DNA from: Nemertoderma westbladi
Lineage: Eukaryota > Animalia > Xenacoelomorpha
Direction: 5' to 3'
Length of the DNA stretch: 44,138 nucleotides
Assembly: GCA_032718475.1 (NCBI GenBank)
Contig: JAUCBJ010002205.1
Span: 1-44,138 of the forward strand
Part shown: positions 1 to 11,577 of the stretch, in pieces
Layout of the letters: every line of letters starts with the position of its first letter
Position numbering within the stretch: the stretch's first letter is position 1
Program-made: the position numbers and the translations under genes
Notes under the pieces: generated by a model
Told to the model about the DNA's origin: nothing
Seen by the model: only the letters and a program-made list of their open reading frames with translations
Database searches by the model: none

Positions 1-1914
1 TTCCAAACATTCGATGAGGAATCTAAGTTTCTCTCCGTTAGATAGTACAGAGTTATGTATGTTATCTTTGTAATATTCATTAAAAGGTAACCATTTCATC
101 TCATCTCCATTGAACTTGACGATCTCTCCCACCTTTACCGCTTGCCGGGCTTCGGTTCTAGCCATTTGACGCGTAAAACTTTCTTGGGCCATCGTGTTAT
201 TTAATATCGAGTTATCGGTATATAAATTTCTCGGATTATGATCAGGTCTATAGGGAATGTCATTATCAACAGGTCTATAATTACCCTTAATAGGGTTCAC
301 TATAGGAGTTTCTACTTCGCTAGCAGTATATATGCGTGTAGGCTCCACACCTTGCGCATGAGATACTTCAGACCTAACAGGTTGACACATTGTTACCGAG
401 GGTGGTGGTATACCCCTTTGTGTATTTACTAATTTATCGCGTTCTAGCGCGATACTTTGCTGCACTTCTTGCAACTCTAGCCTACTTTCCCTTACTGTGC
501 CCTTGAATTGCTGAACAGTCTCCTGCATCTGCCCGAGCAGGAGATCCATCCCCCGCCGTCTCTCGTCCACCCATTCGACCGCCGAAGCGGGAGTCGCCAA
601 CGTTGTACCGGTTAGGACAGTTAGGCCTACGGACCTACAGAAGTACTGTTCAGGTTTACCGGTTGACCGGTACTTTCAACTTTATTGCTTACTGCAATAA
701 AGAAGCTATATCCGTTATTGTTCGCGCTTTCAGACCTTTGGCAGTTTAACCCGCCAAATTAGGATGTCTTCTAGATAATAAATCACCTTTAGTCTATGAC
801 AAGTATTTAATTCACTACACTAGTCGAAACCAATCTGTGCGCGATCATTCACCCGTTGGATATACCCGGGAGATTGGGTTCGACGGCTTAATTTTATTGC
901 TATGTAAGCCTAATGTATTATTCGACTGACAGTATTATATAATCTCTGACAATATTATTCACCTTCGGGAAATATTAACAGTTCCTTTAGGACGTGGCGC
1001 TCTATCTATACAAACAGAGTTATGACTTAAACTACTCACAACGATATGGCTTAGTTACAATTCACATATATGGCGCATTCTTTAGGAAATGCTTCGTTAT
1101 CAGTCTCACTCATACACAATGCTGCACAATACTGCACACTGATCTGCCGATCTTCACTGATTTTAGTCACATATAAAAGGAACACGGACCGAATCATGTA
1201 GGGTCTATCAAATAACATTAGATTCACTTCAAACCACTCAACATAGGTCGCAATCATTTATCTGTAACCTTTCTCTCTTACCTTCGGTATATCAAGAATA
1301 TTGGGTTTTCGGGGTTATTTGTCGTTATTCCAAATATAATAATTCATCAACCATATTATGAAGAACTGACAGTAAATAGCAGTATAACAATATAAAAGTA
1401 TGCACAGTGTTACACAGTATGCAGTGTATGCAGTACTGCAGTATGCAGTATGCAGACATCAGATAACGGATATATGTCCTTATAATTAAGCCTACTAGTG
1501 TAGGACTAAAAACTGAAAACACGGAGGTGCCAAAAGCCGGTTCTTAGGCTCTGGGCAAAACATAACACTGAACTACTGAGTTTCTGTATACACCTCCAAC
1601 ACAGAGACAACAAACGCTCTGATTGGTCAACCTGAACAACGAGAGAACAAAGAAACAAAGAAACGTCGACGTGGCAATATCAGCTGCTAGCCGTCGTCAT
1701 GGTAGCGACACTGTTTTCAAGAGTATCGAGCTTTTACGTCACGGAATTACGGATTATGTCCTCTAAAGTACAAATACAGAAGAAATAGCTTTTATGTCCG
1801 CTAAAACACCAGTACAGCAAGGACACGGCCTTTTTATGCCTGGTAAACCAACTACAGAGTATTTTACGGGAAAAATAAGGAAAAATAACCGGACAATTCA
1901 GCAAAAGCTTTTAC

Positions 1915-3825
1915 AAGAAAAGATCCACCATAAAGCGCCACTCTCTCTCATAAGAAAATATCCACTATAAAGCGCCACTCTCTCATAAGAAAAGATCCAC
2001 CATAAAGAGCCACTCTCTCACATAAGAAAGATCCACCATAAAGAGCCACTCTCACATAAGAAAGATCCACCATAAAGCGCCACACTCTCACATAAGAAAA
2101 GGTCCACCATAAAGAGCCACACTCTCTCTTATAAGAAAGATCCACTATAGAGAGACACTCTCTCTCTTAAGAAAGATCCTCCATAAAGAGCCACCCTCTC
2201 TCATAAGAAAAGATCCACCATAAAGCGCCACTCTCTCTCATAAGAAAGATCCACCATAAAGAGCCACTCTCTCTCATAAGAAAAAATCCACCATAAAGCA
2301 CCACACTCTCACATAATAAAAGATTCACCATAAAGAGCCACTCTCTCACATAAGAAAGATCCACCATAAAGAGCCTCACTCTTTCATAAGAAAAGGTCCA
2401 CCATAAAGAGCCACTCTCTCTCATAAGAAAGATCCACCATAAAGAGCCACACTCACTCATAAGAAAAGGTCCACCATAAACCGCCACAATCTCTCATAAG
2501 AAAAGATCCACCATAAAGCGCCACACTCTCACATAAGAAAAGGTCCACCATAAAGCGCCACTCTCTCTCATAAGAAAGATCCACCATAAAGAGCCACTCT
2601 CTCTCATAAGAAAAAATCCACCATAAAGCGCCACACTCTCACATAATAAAAGATTCACCATAAAGAGCCACTCTCTCACATAAGAAAGATCCACCATAAA
2701 GAGCCACACTCTTTCATAAGAAAAGGTCCACCATAAAGAGCCACTCTCTTTCATAAGAAAGATCCACCATAAAGAGCCACACTCACTCATAAGAAAAGGT
2801 CCACCATAAACCGCCACAATCTCTCATAAGAAAAGATCCACCATAAAGAGCCACACTCTCACATAATAAAAGATCCAACATAAAGAGCCACTCTCTCACA
2901 TAAGAAAAGGTCCACCATAAAGCGCCACTCTCTCACATAAGAAAATATCCACCATAGAGAGCCACTCTCTCTCATAAGAAAGATCCACCATAAAGCGCCA
3001 CACTCTCACATAAGAAAAGGTCCACCATAAAGAGCCAGACTCTCACATAAGAAAAGATCCACCATAAAGAGCCACACTCTTTCATAAGAAAAGGTCCACC
3101 ATAAAGAGCCACTCTCTCTCATAAGAAAGACCCACCATAAAGAGCCACACTCACTCATAAGAAAAGGTCCACCATAAACCGCCACAATCTCTCATAAGAA
3201 AAGATCCACCATAAAGCGCCACACTCTCACATAAGAAAAGGTCCACCATAAACCGCCACACTCTCTCATAAGAAAAGATCCACCAGAAAGGCCACACTCT
3301 CACATAAGAAAAGATCCACCATAAAGAGCCACTCTCTCTCATAAGAAAGATCCACCATGAAGAGCCACACTCTCACATAAGAAAGATCCACCATAAAGAG
3401 CCACTCTCTCTCATAAGAAAAGATCCACCATAAAGCGCCACTCACTCTCATAAGAAAAGGTCCACCATAAAGAGCCACACTCTTTCATAAGAAAAGATCC
3501 ACCATAAAGAGCCACTCTCTATCATAAGAAAGATCCACCATAAAGAGCCACTCTCTCTCATAAGAAAGATCCACCATAAAGCGCCACACTCTCACATAAG
3601 AAAAGGTCCACCATAAAGAGCCACACTCTCTCTTATAAGAAAGATCCACCATAAAGAGACACTCTCTCTCTTAAGAAAGATCCTCCATAAAGAGCCACCC
3701 TCTCTCATAAGAAAAGATCCACCATAAAGCGCCACTCTCTCTCATAAGAAAGATCCACCATAAAGAGGCACTCTCTCTCATAAGAAAAAATTCACCATAA
3801 AGCGCCACTCTCTCTCATAAGAAAG
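1915..3825. repeat. Minisatellite, 35-37 bp unit (TAAGAAAAGATCCACCATAAAGAGCCACTCTCTCTCA), roughly 52 copies
   Basis: Tandem array read directly; TCCAC core at 1924, 1961, 1996, 2032 etc.; no unique spacers. Confidence 0.97.
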
Positions 3826-4732
3826 CTAAACAATTGTCTAAACTATAAGGCGTGAGGCTAGCTGACTTTGTGGCTCGTCCCACATAATAAAAAATGAAAC
3901 TTTGCTACAACTAACAAAAATATAATATGAAGCAAATAATTTCATTATCAAGCACGTTTACAAGATATAAGATAAGTATACCAAATATTTATAAAAAATG
4001 CCCATGATGCACAACCAGATAAATAACAACGAATAGAGCCAAATAACAAATTTAGTTTCATTATTGTAGATCTACCCTTAGGAAGCACTGGGAGAGCAAT
4101 CAGCTTATGGGGTAATACATTAGAAACCCACAGCGGAAGATAAAAGTACCAAATATATAAACACATCATAATATTTATAGTGAACATTTAATATTTTTGC
4201 GTTTCTATAATACAATAATATTTTTTTTTTGATACAGCATGTATAGTTGTGCATTGGCAAGAGCTTGCATTAGCAAAGCTAGTATTACTCGCTCCTGTCA
4301 CAGGTCAATCTGGGGAGGGGAGTAGGGGTGGGGGGGGGGGGGGGGTGTCTGTGGGAGGGGGGGGGGGGTAGTTGGGATAAATCAGTACATCAGTACCCAC
4401 GAGCCAGGTCGGCCAGTTTCCTGTGACTTGTTTGTTAGTGTGGTTTTACGGTTACCAAATAGGTTTTTAAATAATTGCTCTTTAAATTGATAATTAATGT
4501 TTTTTTAATTACTTAATTGTATATTTGAATCTAATGCGTTCTATACTTTTGTACCTTGAAAGTTTAAACATTTTTGCGTCTGTACCAATCTAGTCCGAGG
4601 TAAAAAGTAGTTTTTGTTTGAAGACGAACGGGAATTGTACTGTAGTTGTGTATATATTGTAGCTGTTGATTCAAAAAGTGTAGTTATGGAGGCCTAGTCT
4701 CTTTTTTTTTCATTATGTATTTCCCACATCTG

Positions 4733-4760
4733 CACAGTGGGCCACAGGTGGTCAAAACTC
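4733..4760 (+). repeat. Left TIR: heptamer CACAGTG + 12-bp spacer + nonamer-like TCAAAACTC
   Basis: CACAGTG 4733-4739, GGCCACAGGTGG 4740-4751, TCAAAACTC 4752-4760. Confidence 0.88.
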
Positions 4761-5450
4761 CAAAAAAATAATGTTTTCAAATTTTTTTTTTTGGCATCCC
4801 AAGTTAAAGGTGATATATATATTGACTAAAAAAAAGCAAAAAAAAAATTTTTTTATTTCAAAATTTTCTGATTTTGGCAAAAATTTCAAAATTCTAGAAT
4901 TTTTTGCACAATTTTCACATTTTATACACAAAATAAATATTTTTCCAATAAAATCAAAGCATTTTATTCAAATTGAAAAATTTTTTTTTTCAAAATGTTC
5001 TACTCTTCCAGTAGATTTCAAAAATGACACAATCGAGTTGGTAGGGGCAATAGTCTAAAATTTATATTGTAAAATGTTCTAAAATATTTACAAAATGTGA
5101 TAATTTTAAAGCCAGGGAAAAAATGCTCCGCTGAGCTCCGCAAAAAGTTTTATCAGATTTTGTTACTCGATCATTCATGGTTGAAAAACATCAAAAATTA
5201 GCTGCTACCATCTGCTACTTTTATGAGAAATGAAAAAAGTTGACCAGCAGAATTTTACGATATTTTGACTTATAGGCTGTTTGCAGGTTCTTTGAGTGCC
5301 ATGACACCATCATCTACTTTACTCACTATTCTTATCTGATTTCATTTAGCCAATCTCAATGGCTCTGTAATATTGCGGTTGTTATTGCATGAGCTTTGTG
5401 ATTGGCTAATTGCGTAGGTTGTACTGCCAATTCCACTATAAAGGAGCAGC

Positions 5451-7521
5451 ATGGAAAGTATAACGATTCATTGTCATATTGGAGAATTATACCTCACAGT
5501 TAGACAGTCACTATTGGATACTGTCTATTGGATATTGATATTTGTCATGGAGCAGAACCCATCTGCCTCATCTTTGAAAGTTGGTAAAATTCTTAGAACA
5601 TTCTTAATAAAGTACAGAGCTAAGTGGCAATCAGCATGTCGAATCCTGTCTAAATTCGAAACTAAAAATTATACATGGCTTCATTCGACCTTTGTAGCTG
5701 AAGGTGATTGTTTACCATCGCCAGTTACACCTCAGCAACAACAACATCAGCAAGATCATATGAGTGTTGAGGCGGGAGAAAATAATTATTTTTCTCGCAA
5801 AAATAAATCAGGTAGAAGAACAATAGACTTTGGGGAAGCTTCAGATCGTACAAAACGCAGGCGAGTACAGGAAATAACATCGGAATTTAAAACTCCTGCT
5901 CTTGTCGCAGCAACTGCAGCTGCCTTGAAAGCTGAAGGTAGAAAACGTACATCTGAAATAATCAAGAATGTTTCTACCGAGCCCGAATCATCTGTAGTAT
6001 ATTCTGATGATGAAGCTCTTGCACTAATGCTCGATGGAAAATTAAGTAAATCAATGTACCAGATAATCAGAAACAAAGCATGTTCTAAGGGTGTCAACAT
6101 CTACCCAGCATACAATCACGTCCGGGAAGCCAAAAATGTGTTACCCATTAGGAATAATTTCCCAGGATTATCAGGCATCTGTCCCATTGCAAAACCTGCT
6201 TGAGCATACCACCAAACGTATTTGTGACACTAGTAGTGAAGTAATTCACTCAATCATCACTAATACGGGCGATATTTGCCGAATGGTGTTGCGAAGCAAG
6301 GTGGGTTTTGATGGGAGCACTGGACAGTCCTCATACAAACAGCTTCCAAGTTCTGGAGCAAACTTTGCTGATGACTCATCCATATTTATTACATGCTTGG
6401 TTCCACTGGAACTCCGAGCTTTTACAGAATGCAGCCCACATCATAAGGTTGTATGGCGAAACCACCATCCTTCGTCTACCTTATATTGTAGACCAGTTCG
6501 CTTCGAGTATACCAAAGAAACAACTCAGCGAATCACCGATGAGCAAGAGAGGCTATTTAAAGAGATAGCTGATGTAAAATCAAGCTGTAGTGAAGTCATC
6601 CCTGCTGATACCTCTCTGTCTAAGCTCTCAGTAATGCACATCATTGATGTAACAATGATAGATGGCAAGGTACACACCGCGCTGTCTGATATGACTGACA
6701 GCAGCCAAAGTTGTTCTTTGTGTGGCGCCACACCTTCACTTATGAATGAAATTGACCTTCTGTTGAAGAGAAAAGTCACAGAAAAGAACTCCATGTACCA
6801 CCATGGTCTTTCCACACTTCATCAGTGGATCCGTTTTCTGGAATGCTTGCTGCATATAGCCTACAGAAGAACACTTAAAGTATGGTCTGTTAGGGGTAAA
6901 ACTGCAAAGCAGATTATGAAAACGGAGAAAGCACTGATCCAAGACCAGTTTCATACTGAACTTGGGTTAATCATAGATCAACCCAAATCTGGTGGCTCTG
7001 GTACTTCCAATGATGGAAATACAGCAAGAAGGGTATTCCAAAATGCTGAGGTCTCTGCCAGAATACTTGGCATCGACAAATCATTCCTAGATCGACTGCA
7101 CAACATCCTAATTTCTCTTTGTTGTGGCTTCGATGTTGATGCTGACAAATTTCAAGAATATGCCCTTGAAACAGCTAGACGTTATGTAACCCTTTTTCCA
7201 TGGTACTACATGCCACAATCAATGCATAAGGTCCTAATCCATGGACACCTTGCAATTAAATCTTTGTCCTTGCCAATAGGCATGTACAGTGAAGAGGCAG
7301 CACAGGAAGCTCGAAACAAAGATTTCAAGAGGTTCAGAGAGGGTTTCTCACGGAAATCTTCAAGGGTTGATACGAACCGGGATCTGATGAACCGATTGCT
7401 TTGTTCATCAGACCCATATATCTCATCACTACGTAACGTTACCAACAACATCAAAAGGACTGCAATTCCTGAAGATGTGTTACATCTTCTGAAACCATTT
7501 GATGTTGACAAAATATTTTAA
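5451..7521 (+). pseudogene. Transib transposase (RAG1-core-like DDE), ~690 aa when joined; one frameshift at the A5 run 6132-6136
   Basis: ORF 5451-6203 carries GRRTIDFGEASDRTKRRR, EALALMLDGKLSKSMYQIIR and YPAYNHVREAK. ORF 6091-7521 carries CYP, KVGFDGSTGQSSYKQ (D at 6310), TMIDGKV (D at 6661), CSLC, GLSTLHQWIR, GSGTSNDGNTARR, HKVLIHG and SEEAAQEARNKDFKRFR (E at 7306). These are hallmark Transib motifs. Confidence 0.92.
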
Positions 7522-7539
7522 AATTTAGTATACTGATAA

Positions 7540-7785
7540 GCTTGGGATCCCGTAAGAATCCAACATTCTGGTTTTAGGCTTCCAGCAATAGGTCAAACAA
7601 AAAGCCAATAGCACATATAGTAAGCACTTGGCTTGGGATCCAATAAGACTCCAACATTCTGGTTTTGGGCTTCCAGCATTAGGTCAAACAAAAAGCCAAT
7701 AGCACATATAGTATGCACTTGGCTTGGGATCCAATAAGACTCCAACATTCTGGTTTTTGGCTTCCAGCCTTAGGTCAAACAAAAC
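7540..7785. repeat. 91-bp tandem repeat (~2.7 copies) directly 3' of the transposase
   Basis: CTTGGGATCC recurs at 7541, 7632 and 7723. Confidence 0.9.
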
Positions 7786-7917
7786 GTCAAACTCTGTCTC
7801 CCTGCAACACGTTGACGTCGTGGCAGAGCTTAATGCTGAAAAGATACTTTAGTTTACTAAGTTTGCAGGAAATTGTACCACTTTTATGGAACATGTCAAA
7901 ATAATCGCATCAAAAGC

Positions 7918-8705
7918 TTTGAAAACCTATAAATACCTAAAATAGCACATTTCTATGAAGCTTTAGCGATTTTGATAATTTGTGCCATGCTAAACAGATA
8001 TGCCATGTGCCACATGCTAAAAAGTGGCACCTATATGCCACTAGATAATTCGAAACAATTTGTAATCTAATCACCACCTTTGAAAACCTATAAAAACAGA
8101 AAATGGCACATTTCTATGAAGTAATAAAGATTTGGATATTTTGTGCCATGCTAAACACATGTGCCAAATGCTAAAAAGTGGCATCTATGTGCCACTAGAT
8201 AATTCGAAACAATTTGTAATCGAATCAGCACCTTTGAAAACCTATAAATACCGAAAATTGAACATTTCTATGAAGCAATATATATTTTGATATTTTGTGC
8301 CATGCTAAACACATGTGCCAAATGCTAAAAAGTGGCACCTATGTGCCACTAGATAATTCGAAACAATTTGTAATCTAATCACCACCATTGAAAACCTATA
8401 AATACCGAAAATGGAACATTTCTATGAAGCAATAGAGATTTTGATATTTTGTGCCATGCTTAGCACATGTGCCATGTGCCACAAGCTCAAAAGTCACTTC
8501 TACGGTACTAGAGAATTTGAAACCATTTGTTAACGCTGCAGCACCCTGTTAAACCTTGTGAAACCGAAATCTGTGCCATTCTGCCTGTGTCTATTGTGTT
8601 TGCCAAATATGCCGATTTTGGCACGTGCCAGAAATGGCACAAAGCTACCATTTGAGAATTTGAAACCCATCTCAGAAGATTCGCCGCTGTCGAAAACCCT
8701 TACAG
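7918..8705. repeat. Subterminal tandem repeat of the Transib, 154-161 bp unit, ~4 conserved plus 1-2 degenerate copies
   Basis: GAAAACCTATA recurs at 7921, 8082, 8236 and 8390, with degenerate copies near 8550 and 8692. Confidence 0.9.
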
Positions 8706-8747
8706 GTTAAAAATTGTGCTCAAATCATGAATATTTTTAGAAATAAT

Positions 8748-8785
8748 GAATTTTGGCCGCAAAACAGGGTTTCTGGCCCACTGTG
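8748..8785 (-). repeat. Right TIR: heptamer CACAGTG + 22-bp spacer + nonamer-like CCAAAATTC
   Basis: Reverse complement reads CACAGTG GGCCAGAAACCCTGTTTTGCGG CCAAAATTC. Confidence 0.88.
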
Positions 8786-9839
8786 CGATGGTTCGACAAC
8801 ATTTGTGTCTACTGTTGACGGTGACACAGAACCATTTGAAGTGTTATGGGGCGTCCTCCAAGGAGACACACTTGACCCTTTCTTGTTCATTATTGTGGTT
8901 GACTATGTTCTACGCATGTCCTTAGATCATTATAATGATGATGGGGTGATGATAACTCCACCTACTGGCTCCAGAAGTCGAGGAAATCCTGCCAAGTACC
9001 TAACTGATCTAGACTTTGCTGATGACTTAGGAGTACTATCAGAATCATTAGAGGGAGCCCAACGGCTCCTCAGCTCTTTAGAACTTGCTGCTTCTAGTGT
9101 TGGTCTTTTTATTAACTCCAGAAAGACCAAAATTCTGACAGTTAACTTTGAAAGTCCTCAGCAAGTCTCTGATCGGATGAGCATAAGCTCAAAGGATGGT
9201 ATGCTTGAGCATGTGGAAGACTTCTGTTACCTGGGATCATGGATCCGGAAGTCAGGTGAGGACCTTCGAATACGTAAGGGAAAGGCATGGGCAGCCTTGA
9301 ATAGGCTTTCCAGGATTTGGAAGTCACCGAGAATTAATCGGAAACTTAAGGTCCGATTATTTAGAGCAGCAGTAGTTCCAGTACTCCTCTACGGGAGTCC
9401 ATGCTGGGCTCTAACTGCTGAGGACACCAAATCTCTGGATGGCACATTCACAAGAATGCTACGCCGGGTTCATTGTGTCAAGTACAATGCACACATCTCC
9501 AACCAGACACTATATAACATTGGAGGTGTCTCATTGGTTCCCCCAAGCTTGACACTAGAACAAAATCGCCTCCGCTTTGCAGGACATTGCTTTCGCCGTG
9601 AGGACCAGCCAGTGCATAATCTTGTACTTTGGCAGCCTCATGGAGTGAATAAGCATGGTGGACAGCCCATGACTTTCTTGAGACGCATCTTAAAGGATAC
9701 TGGCCTTAAAGATGCGGATGATCTAGCAAATGTCATGGGTGATAGGGAGTTGTGGCGGTGCAATGGAGTGTGGAGTCGGCACAGCATTCTTAAAAATGCA
9801 GCTGCAATGCAGCATGCCGATCATAGTAGTAGTACGTAA
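8786..9839 (+). mobile_element. 5'-truncated RTE-type non-LTR retrotransposon (C-terminal half of RT), open frame
   Basis: GVLQGDTLDPFLFIIVVDY, LDFADDL, VGLFINSRKTK, FCYLGSWI, VLLYGSPCW and RLRFAGHCFR motifs; short (TAG)n tail at 9824-9834. Confidence 0.92.
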
Positions 9840-10744
9840 CACAAGATGCAACCTTCACATTGATTACAAAGACAATATAAATGTTAAAAAAAAAATAAAA
9901 AATAAAAATAAATAAATAACACGTTCTAGAATTTTGTGTATTTATTAAATAGAATAAATGGCCTGCAGCGAACAATAATTCTTGCAATCTTTGAACGCCT
10001 ATTTCTCAGTTGTTTCTTAACGAAATTCAGATATTGTTACATATTTGGAATCCTTGTAACGAAAGCTTTCTATTGATATGAAAAAATTACGACTAATGCG
10101 TGGAGAATGGCAATGATACGGATGGTGCGATTTTGCAAAAGACACATTTTTAAAACGCTTATAGAAAACATTTAAAGGCGAAATCGAAAATTCCGGCTTC
10201 ATGGTAACAACCACGGTGAGTTGAACTAGTTGTGTTTAAAATTTCAAGCAATGTGATAAAGATTTGTAGAAAAATTTGGGGGGGGGGGGTCCGTGTCATC
10301 AGAAAATGACACTATATTACGGGTCATGGTGTATTATGTATATGTATACATAATGTTACAAAATAAATTAAATTGAACTATAGTATTTTACTACATTGCT
10401 TCCATAGTTACTGTGATTCAAATTATTGTACTCTTCAACTCTAGATGTTGCCTTACTCAATGTTAAAATAATTTAGTGTTCTCGAATATTTATTATGTAA
10501 CTGGAGAGCCGCTTAACAACTTAAACAAATATTGGATATTGTGTCTGTTTTGGAGTACGCCATGCAGACACTAAAGTTGCAATAACTTTTGAGTGTGTGA
10601 ATGGATTTTGCTCAAATTACTTGCAAACCGTTTCTACGTCGATGCTCTTTCAATATATGTAATAAAATTTAAGAAATTCCACCAAAAATTTTTACTTTAC
10701 TTTTTCGCCGGGAAAAAAAAGTAAAATCAATGCAATCCTATTGA

Positions 10745-11537
10745 TTAATCATGTATATATTATACTATAAAATAATTAATTTCCATTAAGTAACCCCTCT
10801 CTACTTTTATACAGAGAAGACTAGCTACCGTTTTCTTATTACTGTATTAGCTTCCTACCAGACAGTTTCCTGGCTCTGTAACAATACCCTAAGTCTGCAC
10901 TACGGGCTATGTGCTACAGTAGTCTAGTTCGTGTGGCCTACACGGTCTATCCTACTATGCCTACATGCCCCCCCCCCCCCCTTAACTCCTCATGTGGCGC
11001 CCTCAGTGCCCACAAGTTTACGGTACTGTGTACCCCTCAATTACGGTATGCTTACATACACTCCCCCCCCCTCAATTCCTCACGTGGCACACTCAGTGCC
11101 CACAAGTGTATGGTACTGTGTACCCCTCAACTACGGTATGTGTACATACCCCCCCTTCCACACGTGGCGCCCTAAGTGCCCAGAAGCTTACGGTACTGTG
11201 TACCCTTCAACTACGGTATGCGTACCCGTACATACCCCCCCTCAATTCCTCATGTGGCGCCCTCAGTGCCCACAAGTTTACAGTACTGTGTACCCCTCAC
11301 CTACGGTATGCGTACATACCCCCCCTCAATTCCTTACGTGGCGCCCTCAGTGCCCACAAGTAGTGCATATTTAAATTAAGTACGTTGGTACATTATTGTA
11401 CCCGTCCGACGTATGTAATTGTAAATACCTACACTTGTATATTATGTACGTTGGTACCATGGTACTAGTGTTTTACTTATTTTATTTTTTATTTTATTTA
11501 TTTTTATGTTGTGTGTGGGAAGGGCGTCTCGCCCACA
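10745..11537 (-). repeat. Putative 3' LTR of the BEL element (distal end uncertain), with TATAAAAG at 10804-10811
   Basis: Starts TGTGGGCGAG immediately after the polypurine tract; TATA-like box on the same strand; no intact partner LTR in the window. Confidence 0.6.
10968..11360. repeat. 80-90 bp tandem repeat (~4.5 copies) inside the putative LTR
   Basis: GTGGCGCCCTCAGTGCCCACAAG-like core at 10994, 11084, 11164, 11254 and 11338. Confidence 0.92.
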
Positions 11538-11551
11538 TTCCCACCCCCCTC
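11538..11551 (-). other. Polypurine tract (GAGGGGGGTGGGAA)
   Basis: Lies just downstream of the integrase stop (11578) and directly precedes TG. Confidence 0.75.
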
Positions 11552-11577
11552 AGTCCAATATATTGGATGACTCAACT

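Larger units (their letters stand above)
4733..8785 (+). mobile_element. Transib-superfamily DNA transposon, full length (~4053 bp)
   Basis: Inverted termini CACAGTGGGCCA (4733-4744) and TGGCCCACTGTG (8774-8785) enclose a Transib/RAG1-core-like transposase and subterminal tandem repeats. The 5-bp flanks differ (ATCTG vs CGATG). Confidence 0.93.

Noticed and set aside
1-800. Possible LTR or DIRS-type terminus (GC-richer block, AATAAA, TTCAGACCT twice)
   Set aside because: No partner repeat, convincing PBS or adjacent coding domain in the window.
1915-3825. CRISPR-like array, and the ORFs called within it
   Set aside because: Units are contiguous with no unique spacers and there are no cas genes; the ORFs are translations of the repeat.
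3948-4187. 79-aa minus-strand ORF, possibly an old LINE C-terminus
   Set aside because: Too degenerate; no motif I can support.
4771-5058. 95-aa ORF in the Transib left arm
   Set aside because: F/K/I-rich translation of A/T tracts; not credible as protein.
7522-8785. RAG2-like gene (ProtoRAG architecture)
   Set aside because: The region is tandem repeats with no long minus-strand ORF and no kelch/PHD signal; the transposase also lacks RAG1 RING/N-terminal zinc motifs, so it is called Transib rather than RAGL.
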